Shown: one piece after another, positions 1 through 11,035 of the stretch
How positions within the stretch are numbered: the first letter of the stretch is position 1
Layout: each line of letters begins with the position of its first letter
Assembly (NCBI GenBank): GCA_030141605.1
Contig: JAQGDQ010000043.1
Location: 868,001-932,000 of the forward strand
Source: Tubiluchus corallicola
Lineage: Eukaryota; Animalia; Priapulida
DNA length: 64,000 bases
Reading direction: 5' to 3'
Notes under the pieces: generated by a model
Told to the model about the DNA's origin: nothing
Seen by the model: the letters and a program-made list of their open reading frames with translations, nothing else
The model's database searches: none
Position numbers and translations under genes: made by a program

Positions 1-75
1 ACATTGTGCTGCAGTGAAACCCTAAATTTATGTTATATCAGATGTGGCCATCTTCATCTGGCTATCCTTGTTGAG

Positions 76-1026
76 AGAATGTAGGTAAAAATGGCACAAA
101 TGGTAAAGTACGTAAAAATGGCACACTTAGTACTGTATGTGCTTAGGGTTATTGTTGGAGTGGGGTATAATTATTTTAGTTGTTTTTACCTCTGCCAATG
201 AAGTTATTATTCAACACAGTTTGTTTGTTTGTCTATTTGGTTGTGTTTTTGTCTGTTATGGCAATAAGACTATTATGCAAAAACTGTCTGACAGATTTCC
301 AAATTCTTTGTGAAGAAAAGTGGCACAGAGTGCCATAATGGGAATTTTTTCACTGGTTCTTTTTTCGCAAGATGTGGCTGAGCACCACCTACAAAAAACA
401 TTCGTGAAGCACTTCATGAAGATCTCAGTGGGAGTGTTTAGTACTTCTTTTTATTATATCCACCTGGACACACAACTACGAGTTTCGAGGAAATCTCTCT
501 TGTAAAATTGTGTAATGCTGTCCATAACCTTTGTTTGTTAATGTGTGTAGCCCTATAAGATGACTTGGCACGTATATATTTGTCAGTCTATTACCACCGC
601 CAAAATTAATGGTGAAAAGGTAGATAAACACTATGTTGAATATTCTAGCGTTATTGATTATCAATCCATTTAATGAACAAATATTTTGTGAGTCTTTTGC
701 TAGTCTATATAATGCCAACACATGTTTGCTTGTTTATCGTGGCGTTAAATTTTTGAATCAGAAGAATCAGATGAATAAGATTAGGATTGTTCAGCTTTGG
801 CAGAGATCTGCTTCCTACTGAGCGCATTCTAGTTTTATGTAGAAATCAATTGCATCAAAATAACATACGTGCCATTTTTTCCTACTTTTCCATTTGTGCC
901 ATTTTACCTACTTTTCCATTTGTGCCATGTTTATCTACTTTCCGTTTGTGCCATTTTTTTCTGTGCCATTATTTACTGTGCCATTTTTTCGGTGCCATTT
1001 TTCCTCTGCCATTTTTACCACGCACC
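76..1026. mobile_element. Non-autonomous DNA transposon (Merlin/MULE-like) with repeated subterminal motifs
   Basis: Exact flanking duplication TTGTTGAG (68-75 and 1027-1034). Left end GTAGGTAAAAATGGCACAAATGG is inverted relative to the right end, where about 8 TGCCATTTT-type units (869-1020) end in ...TTTACCACGCACC. The ORFs at 787-1117 are translations of these repeats. Confidence 0.8.
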
Positions 1027-1846
1027 TTGTTGAGGTGCATGCAATTGTAATGGCTAATCCAGTAAAGACAAGTTGTACTAATATCTTTTCATAAATATAG
1101 ACGACTTCATGTTTCAATGTTAGACAACTCCATCCTCACTTCACTCGCATGCTGGAGAAATATCCTTCATTTTAGGTTTGAAATTCTCTTAATGGTACTT
1201 TCTTGACAGTTCCAGTTTTCAAATTGTCGTTTTCGGTGGTTGAATGTAAAAACAATCTGTGTCTTATTTCTGATTATCCACCCAGTTTGAAATGATAAAA
1301 AAGCGTCCTGCATGTTCCTTTGTCATGACTATTATGTGATTTACCTGCTTAAAGTAGAAGAAAAGGCAATTTTAAAGTATGTCCCAAAAAACTTCCCGCA
1401 CAAATTTATATTACTTAGCATTATGCTTATCTGTTTGAAAGACTTATATAACTAGAAAAGAATATTCTTAGTAATTTAAAATGTTCGTGCGAACTGGTAA
1501 AATTTTACTGATTCGTCCTCCCATTGTGCACCACTTACTCACCAAAAAACACGTTATCAATCTTATTGACAATATAAAGTAATTTAAACTTTTGCACTGT
1601 AAGTGAAGTGGGCGCTATAAATATGCTGATTATTTTTTTCAAAATTTACGTAATGTTACCTAAACTTGCTTCAAACGACCTACCGTCATAATGTCTATGC
1701 CTAACGGTCATATCGGAAGTTTAAATTTTCATGTTTTATGCAGCGTGATGCAAGCCCTGCATGCAATAAGACGTGAGAATTTTTTAAGCTTTATTTGTGA
1801 AGAGTATTTTCTTGTGCTTTAAGTTTCCCTAGTGTGGCAGTATTAA

Positions 1847-2278
1847 AGGCCTATATAACCCGAACAGACATTGAAATTTTTTAACTCATTTTTATGATTA
1901 CAACTTACACAGAGCATTCATAATTATTATTAAACAAAAGAGACTTATACATTAAATGACCTATCTTTTTCTGGCGAATTTCGAATGCGGCCATTGCCGT
2001 AAAGATCACCATGTTTCACGTCTTTGGCGTAAGTGAGCAAGAATGACGCGCGTAGTACAGAACTCGTCTTTGGTTACCGATCTTTGGTGACAACACTATA
2101 CTGGTAATGTCATTCGTCTCCTGCTCCTCAAATTTAATACTGCTAACAACGAAGTGATAAAAAAGTCAATAGAAACAAGTTTTACAGTAAGTTTGTAATA
2201 AAATAAATTGAAGATTCCTAATGAGAGTAGGATTTTAAGTTGTAAAAGCTTATATTATAGTATGGTTTTAGTTTGACT
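1847..2278 (+). mobile_element. TTAA-flanked Kolobok-like non-autonomous element
   Basis: TTAA at 1843-1846 and 2279-2282. Ends are AGGCCTATATAACCCGAACAGACATT and ...GGTTTTAGTTTGACT; both ends recur in an inverted, shorter copy at 29625-29795. Confidence 0.75.
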
Positions 2279-2682
2279 TTAATAATATTAGATTCAAGCA
2301 AGTCATTTTTGGTCTTAGACCATCACATCTCTATAAGATACACAGTCTTATGAACATCCTTGAAACAGCAGAGTTTTCTCACCTGTGCTTTTATGTTGTT
2401 TACCTGTTTCCTAATCCGCCTGCTTTCATCTTTGTTGAACAAAAGGCTGACAACATATCACACTTAGTATAATTTTTTTCAGATGACATAATTTTCCTTT
2501 CATCTGCCGACACACAGGAGATGTCAGCAGCAGGTGAAGACGTTTGAGCCTATTTCACCCCGGTGTGCATGGTTGTAAATACTAAATAAGTTGTACACAG
2601 TTTAAAAACATTGATTTGTAAGTCATAATGTTTATTTTTATATGCAAAGTTAGGGAAAATGATGTGCATAAATTTTGTTAAC

Positions 2683-3020
2683 CAGGGTTGTCGTAACAGC
2701 ATTATAGGCTTCCAGGCAAAGCAGTGCACTGGGACCTCCTACCTACACAACCTCTCACGGGAATCAAAATGTAAATGGTCGATAAAATTAAACATGTACT
2801 TATTGTATTGGTACTTCTAACAAAATCAGTGTTTGAACATTAGAAAACATGCTGTACAGTAAAGGTTAATAATCAATACAAACGTTTGAAAAATATAACA
2901 TGAGCCCCGAAAAACACAACAATTTTAACATTGACAGCAAGTCACATATTGATATACATAGATTAGCATGGGTGGCCCTCAGGCAACTGCTCAGTGTGGC
3001 GTTGCGTTAAAACGACCTTG
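2683..3020. mobile_element. hAT-family MITE
   Basis: Imperfect TIRs CAGGGTTGTCGTAAC / GTTAAAACGACCTTG; 8-bp TSD TTGTTAAC / TTTTTAAC with one mismatch. Confidence 0.75.
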
Positions 3021-4690
3021 TTTTTAACCATTATTACTATGCAGTTTATTGTTTGAATAGCACTTATATTCACGAATCTAGTATTAAACATTTCCTTGCT
3101 TGATGATGTGAACCAATGCTGTGCAATTTTGATGTTTTAAACTGCAGATTCTAGGTACCTAGCATTTTTACAATTTTTGTATTAAAAAATGTCTTAGGTT
3201 ATTTTCATTTCATTTTTCTATAGATTAATATGATTTTGTACGTACATTGTTAATAATTACATGTGTTATCAATTATGCTGCTTCAGTAATGTGAAACATA
3301 AATTTGTTAATTTGTAGAGCATTGTAAATCATTTATTTGTAAATTGTGTTGTTTGTCAATAATATAATTGATAAATTTATCAATATTTGTCTGGCCTGTA
3401 GAATGTCAAATTGTGCCAAAACGTATGTCATTTATTCAAACCTATTAGGCCTATTTTAGCAGTCTCTTATAGTGTAATGAAAAATTGTAAGGTATACATA
3501 GTAAGAACCTTAACTAGAATACATACATTGTTGATCGCAATTTTAAACTTGATAATCTTAATGTGTTTCTCCTTAAAAGACACATTACACTTTTGTTTGT
3601 AGTTTTTCTTAACACATCGTAAATTTTGAAAAATGCATTCCTAATATGTATCCTACTAATATGTTTCTTCTGCTTGTAGACCGTCTTTCATGACTGTGTT
3701 TACGGAATGCCAAAGTTATTATAATAACTAATGTTAATTGCTATGAAACATAATGTTTTACGTTTTCCTTTGTTGTTTTATATACAGCTGTCAGTTTCAG
3801 CTTGATAACTCATTTTCGTTTCTGCTGAAATTTCTTTCCCTAACGTAGCTTGAATTTTTGCCTTGTTTTTACAGTTAGCTTGGGCAGCTGGGCTTTTATT
3901 ATGATTGTTGCTTGCTGTTGTGTTGTGCACCATTCAGAGGGCTGCAAGAACTGTGGCCTGTCAATTCAAATTCAATGTTTCCATTAATTTTTTATTAAAC
4001 ACAAGTGTGCTAACAGAAAGTTGCTAATAACATCTAGTCGAGATTACTATAACACACTGTTGATTGATACTGATTGTTGACATCAAATTAAAAGCTATAT
4101 TAGTCCACAGGCCGAGTTACTGTTGGTACAGTGCTGATAAAATTTTGATGTGATTTTAGCATCGGCACACAGAAAAGAAATACTGTTATAGAAAGAAGTG
4201 GACCGTGACATCTGAGGGACAACTTGTATAATTTTATTGGTAAATGATCTTAATTTTGTTAGTATCAAGTACTTTTACTGTTATACGAATGTAGTTTTTT
4301 TTCAGTATTGATAATACCACTATTTGGCATTTAAATATATCAGAACTCACTGTTTTACATATATTTAGTATTATGTAATTGTCAAAAATTATGTGTAGTA
4401 ATTATCAAAATTGTGCAAAATGTACAAAATAAATGATTTTACTTGCATTTATGTTTGGTTATAAATAATCATTTGGTGTTATTGTTACAATAGTGTATTA
4501 CTATTTCTGTGTTGTATGGTAAAATGCGTATAAGCCTACTTGTGTGGAGTACAGATAAATATACTTGATATGTAAAAGCTGGAAGGTAGTTTTAAAAATA
4601 CAGAAAAGTAGAGCTGGAAAGTATACTTTCGTTGTTTGTAATTTTCTGCAAAGTTTTGCCTTTTATACCAGTAGGTAGGTTTTAATCAAA

Positions 4691-4846
4691 TGTTCTTGGT
4701 TCTATCTAACTCAATGCTATCATTATAAGTGAACTTTTAAGACAAGGGTTAAATCTTCAAGTTTACAGAATCAGGGTTTCTGTGATAGCAGTGCAGCATT
4801 GTGGCCCGTGCACTGATTGTTCTACTCTGTACAAGTCTATGTTTTG
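4691..4846 (+). ncRNA. Candidate box H/ACA snoRNA
   Basis: A 5' hairpin, H box ACAGAA (4765-4770), then a 3' hairpin with lower stem CAGGGT/ACTCTG, an internal loop and upper stem CAGTGCA/TGCACTG, followed by ACA (4841-4843) plus 3 nt. The upper stem ends about 15 nt before ACA. No target identified. Confidence 0.45.
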
Positions 4847-4855
4847 TGTTTGACA

Positions 4856-4983
4856 AGTAGTTTAGTTTATATAAATCTAGATGAAACACACTGCCAAGAG
4901 GAAGGACTCTATAAACACCTGCACAACTTATTAACTGATTGTTAGTTTGCAGGTGTGTGAAATTTAGAATAAGGCAGACATCT
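4856..4983 (+). ncRNA. Second candidate H/ACA-like RNA or structured hairpin
   Basis: ANANNA (AGATGA, 4879-4884); lower stem CTGCC/GGCAG; upper stem ACACCTGCA-C-AACT/AGTTTGCAGGTGT; ACA at 4978-4980, about 100 nt upstream of a 3' splice site at 5082. Confidence 0.35.
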
Positions 4984-6802
4984 ATAAATTCGGTATATTA
5001 GCTATCTTGAGTACTAGGTGGCTTATTTAGTGCAAAACAATGAATTAACGAAGTGGTAGAAATAAATCATTTTATTTTACAGGTTGTGTTGGTGTAGTCA
5101 CAGCTGTTAGCATTAGAATTATCACAGTTCGTGTTACTTGTAAAGTTAAAACTTATTTTGAATCATAAATTTCCGTGTTCGTCTGATTAGGAATCGCTTT
5201 TGCCTGTTTGCAACTTTGATCAGCGCTTATTATGCACTCACTTTATGTATTTTGATGGGAAATTCCATTGGTTTATTTTCATATGCCTCGTAATTATGAA
5301 GACCTTCATTTGTGGTCGTTGCTCTCGTGTCGTAATCAGATTTTGCAAGAAGTGGCAGAATTAGCGTAGGATTTCTACTGTTATAGTTTATAATAATAAC
5401 AAAGGAATAAATGCTCTTTATAATACAGTTGGTGAGATGTGTCAAGGACCCTGCACAAGGCGTAAACAGTATAAATTTTCAAATGCTATTACTTTACAAA
5501 ATAAAAAAGTAATTCTGTCTTATTCACTTTAATTGAGCAGCTCCCTTTAATTAAACCAGCATTTGTAATATAAATACAAAAGGGAGTTCACGGCAAAATG
5601 CAAAATGAACACGTGCGTTCCTTTTACACTGCTGAGGACTCATGCCTTTGCCTTAAATTTAGAAAAAAAAACACCGAGCCTGCATATATTACTTTCTGGC
5701 TTATAATAATTACCAATTTTATATCTATCGGTATATATATATATTTTATTAATTTGAATTATTGATTTGTTTTCATTTTTGAGATTTACCTGAAAATTAA
5801 AACTATAGAAACAATAAAGGTACGTAGTTTGAAGATTCATTGCAAATTTGCAATTAAGTTATGCACTATGCAAGTATGTTGACTTGATCTCTCATGAAGG
5901 TTGCTGCTAAAAGGAAAACTGTTATAATCAGGTTTGAAAGCGTTATGAGCACAATTTATTAGCTAATGAAGGCTTTTAGGATAAATTAATACTTTTATAA
6001 ACAAAATCAGATTGCGACTTAAGTACCCATTAATATTGTTTATAATCTTCATGCTTGACTCGGCAAAAACGGCATGGTAATACAGCAGTTAACCCAATAC
6101 TGGCAGCTAAAAGCTCCCTGGCAACACCAACTCAACATTGCGTTGCACAACACTTAGTAAGTCAATAGAATGCCATCATAACGTTTTCTCAAGGCGTTAC
6201 ACCAATGCGAGCAATTTGCAGGAGTACGCGCTTTTGTTATTTCACTACAGTGAACATATACATGTATAGCAAGATGAGATGACGACGTGCAATATGCATG
6301 CAGACATTCTATGGAAAACAGCATAAGTAGGCTTTCATTAGTAATACGTCAAGAAGCTATTATATTTTGCGCAATAATGGATTAGCTATTAGGACAGTCA
6401 TAAATACTCTAAACTATTAAAGAAAAATATAGAAACATTTAGAAAAAGTGCTGACAGTTAATGAATACATAATTACTGCATCTATCAAGCATTATTTTCA
6501 GAATTGCTGATAATCAACACGTAGTTTTCACTTTTTTACACAGAATGAAGCATTATCGTGAGACATCCCTATGGTATCCAGTCTTCTTCAAGGGTGTGCA
6601 ACGTATGAGAGGTCTATCAGATATAGTATCATTGTGTGACATGATTTACAACAGCTATACATTCTTTTAACATTTTACTGTAATTATTCATTGAAGTGGC
6701 TGATTGCAAAGAACCCAGCTGTATTGCCATTTATGCAAATGACTAAATGGTCTATAAAATAATTTAATATGTACAAAAAATTTTCTCCACTTTATACAGG
6801 GT

Positions 6803-9800
6803 CTACCGATATTGCTGGAGTAAACGTTTTGATTCTTCTGATGCTTGAACTGTATGCACACTTACACGTGTAGAGGGTGATGCACTGCTAGTACGATAGG
6901 AAGGTGATCGACTGGTCGGTCGTCCGGTCGATCCTATTTGACTACACAGCTCTGACACAACAAGCTCTTTTTTTCTCTCTAATAACATATAAAATAAAAG
7001 CATCTTATTATGTTTTGATACATATGAAGCTGATCTGCTTCATATGAAATCAATACCTAATACAAATCTACCAGATAAATAGCACATATAGACTTTAGCC
7101 AACTGTATTCTCTGTTTACTGTAACTTAATGTGAGTTTAACTGGTGAACGCTGTCACGTTTTGAGTTGAATTTTGTTGTCTTGGACATTATAAGCGAACC
7201 TAATATGGATTTATCTGGTAACCACTGTTAGTTGCTGATTTGAAATCATTTGCCTTGGATAGGTATTGTAAAGGAACTAAATATAATTTTGCGACTTTCG
7301 TCTCATAAATGCATGTAAACCCGGCTTCAACTCTTACGGAAACATGTTTGATTCTCAAGAGAATGCACCTGCATCTGTTTTAGGTGTCACTTTGACATTT
7401 CTCTCAGAGTGTAAGAGTACATCTTCATCTGCATCTTTTTTCCTTTTATGCGATTTCACTCGTCTCCAGTGACCAGCGAAGAAGAAGTTTAAAGATTCCA
7501 CAGCCAGCAAGCACGTCAACAACATTATCAGGATTATACCAATAAGCAACAGAATGTTTTGCTTCTTTTCAAACTGTGCAACTAAAAGAAAACGTGCAAA
7601 GATAATTTTATTGGACAGATCTGCTGTGTTGAAAAGAAAAGACCAATATTTTGGTGCTTATGTCTTACATGACTAATAATAACAGTTAGTTATAATTAGA
7701 ATAATAACTAATTATAATAATATAGTTCTAAAATAATATTATGTATTTAAATTAGCCATATGTACATTTTAAAAAGGAAGTTTTCATTTCTGAAGTCATA
7801 AAGTGTACATTGATTAATATGATTAAAGAATAATACTGTTACAGTATGTATTTACAATATACACGTATGTCCATAGTTGTAAAGAGAGACACTAATTTCT
7901 ATTACTTCACTTGTAATTTCTCTATGAGGCGAGGGAATAACAATGTGTGGTCTATTACGAAATCAGACAACGACGGGCGTGATAGTTAATGTATAGGCGA
8001 ACACTAAGAAAACTGGTTGTGGGTGATCTAATTTCCTTCAACTGACGTAAATTGCAAACACTTTTTGTTACCGACTCTGTTACTTACTTTCTTCAGCAGA
8101 AATACGCAGTGATTGAAAGTTTCCTAGAACTTCAAGCTTTGCTTTATAATCTATTTAGAAAATAAACACATTCATTTCTTAATGTGTTTATGCAAATAAT
8201 AGTAGGTAAGCAAGTAAGTAAGTAAAGGTCTTTAATTTTTATGAAAAAATTCCATTCTCCACAGCTACTTTACAATTAAGAAGTTATTAATATAAATTGA
8301 GAACAATATTTAAACATGCTAATTTACATTTTAATTTAAAATAAAGCTGCTATGTATGCCTGCTAATAAACTTACAATACATCAAATAAGAACTTTGACT
8401 AAGACAAATATTTGGGTACTAAAATATGTATAAAACTGAGAACATTTTTTGTATTGAATGAATTTAAAAGACAATAAAACCAAAAAAGAGCAGTAAAAGA
8501 TAAAATATTAATAGTCTTCTATATATCTATTTATACAAGTATTAGTTTTGCTTTTTGTCTTTAATCTGGGTCTAGAAAACAAACACTTTCTGCATCTAAG
8601 ACGTTCCATTTTTCAGGCAGCAGATTATGAAGTGCATGACTGAACAGAATATATTATACAGCTTATATATATAATATATAAGTAAAAATATATAAAGCAT
8701 TATTATAATTATTTTTTCAAGATTTAAGATTGTCTATTTCAATATTGTAATTACATGAACCTTAACTATTATTAAACCAAATAATTGTGCTTTTATAAAA
8801 AAGAACTTCATTATTCATTTTGTTGGTTTAGTAAGTCGAAATTGTTTCATGGAAACTGTGTCTTTGGATTTTTTAAGATTCAGTAGCAGCGTGTGAGGAC
8901 CAAACCACTTTCCAATTGTGATTTAGTTTAACTATATACTCCACAATAGCCTTTTCCGTACACTAATAAAGTAAGCCAGTGCACTATTAAGCACATTTTG
9001 GTGAAATTGGAGTAGGGAAAAGTGTTTCTCTGCTCAACTTTTTGATACTTTCAAGTTAAATCCCCAACAGCCATCACACTTATCTAGTTGTAACTAATTT
9101 AGTGGAAAGTAGCAAGCTTACCTTCACATGCGTAATGTGGAACATCAGGATGGCAGCGAGGTTCTAATGAAAAATCACTTAATGTGGAATTTTTCAAAGT
9201 GCAATAAGCACTGCATTCATAACATATGTACTGGACCTTGTCACAGAACTGAAAAAAAGAGCATTTGAATTAGGCATATATATATATCACATAGCATCAA
9301 CAAAATTATCGTTCAACAATGTGGTTGCGTTAGGATTCTTATACAATTTAAGGAAAACCTTAATCCTGGTCCATATTTTATGCAACATTATTAAAAAGAC
9401 GTGGCACCAGAAACGAATAATTAATTATTGGGTCGGAAAATTTGTATATAAACTCTACGCATAAGGTTTCTTGCTTCCATCATATATTCCTCTTATCATT
9501 TATGTTATTAACTTATTTTTTTCAAATGAACTTGTAATTACATAAAAATCCTCATTTTTAACACACCACAGGCGCTTATTGAACCGCATGCTATATATAA
9601 GTATAATACTGATAATGCTGTAACCGTCCTTGTCTTGGGGTGAGCTTCTGTTCAATGAACGTATAGTGAGGACAGACCTGCTGACACCAAAACATAACAC
9701 TCTCGCGCCGCTCGGCGAAAGCGGAGTAGGGCGCTATTTTTGTACCCGATGAGGGACTCTATAATTCTAACAAATGCTCATTAAATTAATCTTGCTCCGA

Positions 9801-10068
9801 TTAATTTTCGTCCGGTTTTGGAATGCATGAGACTTTTAGAGCAGCTAAGTTTAATTATTAACGTAACTAGAAATGACTCTGTAGAAATCGCAATTTTTCT
9901 CTGTTGCGTCTGTAAACCTACACGCATTCGATGTTCTTAATTTGGTGCATATGAAATACATTCCCAATGATAATATTAGCTATAATTTACTAAGAAGCTT
10001 ACATTATACGCAGAACAGAACGTGTGTCCACAAGGTTTAAGCCACGTATGGAGCACATCACCTGGCAT
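6803..10068 (-). CDS. Single cysteine-rich-domain TNF-receptor-like type III membrane protein (Grindelwald/BCMA-like), about 214 aa
   Basis: Phase-consistent exons 10003-10068, 9122-9248, 8088-8150, 7369-7581, 6803-6978. Protein: MPGDVLHTWLKPCGHTFCSAYNFCDKVQYICYECSAYCTLKNSTLSDFSLEPRCHPDVPHYACEDYKAKLEV...QNILLLIGIILIMLLTCLLAV (TM), then a basic stretch and a Ser-rich tail. Non-coding 5' exon ends at donor 10662. The last exon is uncertain. Confidence 0.6.
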
Positions 10069-10840
10069 GGTATTTTGACTAGAAACTCATCATCCAGATT
10101 TCGCAAAGAATATTCCTCTGTCGCTCTTACAGAAGCTGAAACTTCCGTTACATGAAATCTGTAGATATTGGCACAGGATCCATCAATATTTGTGGGAATC
10201 CATGGATCAATTTAATTCGTCCACCGCAAGCCCCCAGTTACGCAGTAATTAAACATCTGAAAAAAATGTGCATGCTTGAACAAAGGTCGATGCTTCGCTT
10301 AGTTGATCGTCTTGCAGAATGTCTAACCTAATAACCTAGATTAAAATTTTGTGTATTGACACGACTCCAGCTGATGTAATTCTCGCGCACATAGGTAATA
10401 ATTTATTAAGCTGACAACTAAAAATGCACGTGTCGGCTTTTTAATTAACTGCCACCATTGCACTGCACTAGCACACTAGATTTACAATTAAAAATAAGTT
10501 TTGTCACACAAAATAATTAGATGCAACGCCATAAAGACAGTTCAAGCACGTGTAACACACTAGTCCGCATATCCCACACTGCAGGTAACTGAACTTATTC
10601 AAAGAAGCAGCAATGAAAGATGATATAACGCGTTCAACGTTATTGACTTTGATTACAGATACCTGGGAAAACTGCAAAGCCGAAGAAAGATTCGCTGTTG
10701 TTTGTTTAGACAGGCTTCGTAAAATTAGTTCATTCCTTTATTTCATGAAAGACACCTCATTATAGCTCAGAAAAATACAATTGGGCGCAATGCGACGTAA
10801 AATAATTTTTCCCGGATTGTAGTGCGAAACTTTTATGTAA

Positions 10841-11035
10841 AGAAGCGCTTACTTGGCATCCGACGTATGTGTTACGCGAACGCGGAATACATAAAATCGG
10901 TTTAGATTGTTTTCAATGCCCCCGTTTAACAGAGCTGCTTTATTCGTTATTTTTTCTGCAGCTAATTCCTACTGATTTTATACACAGCTATTCCGCAGGT
11001 GGATAAAGCATTTCGGATGCCAGGTAAATGCCTCT
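10841..11035. mobile_element. MITE with about 23-bp imperfect TIRs, just upstream of the TNFR-like gene
   Basis: AGAAGCGCTTACTTGGCATCCGA versus TCGGATGCCAGGTAAATGCCTCT, with degenerate TTAA-like flanks (GTAA/TTAG). Confidence 0.6.

Noticed and set aside
869-1020. TGCCATTTT repeat array as CRISPR or a repeat protein
   Set aside because: No unique spacers, eukaryotic context, and it is the subterminal array of a TSD-flanked transposon.
1035-1545. Minus-strand coding gene running off the left edge
   Set aside because: Splice-like sites exist (donor near 1540), but no open frame or recognisable protein appears even after removing the 76-1026 insertion.
1960-2034. 5'TOP-like first exon
   Set aside because: It lies inside the Kolobok-like element, and the same sequence recurs near 29670-29700.
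3838-3844. CCCTAAC as a telomerase RNA template
   Set aside because: Only 7 nt (one repeat plus 1), and no pseudoknot or P6.1 motif was recognised.
7355-7357. In-frame TGA as selenocysteine or read-through
   Set aside because: An upstream donor at 7368 bypasses it and no SECIS was recognised.
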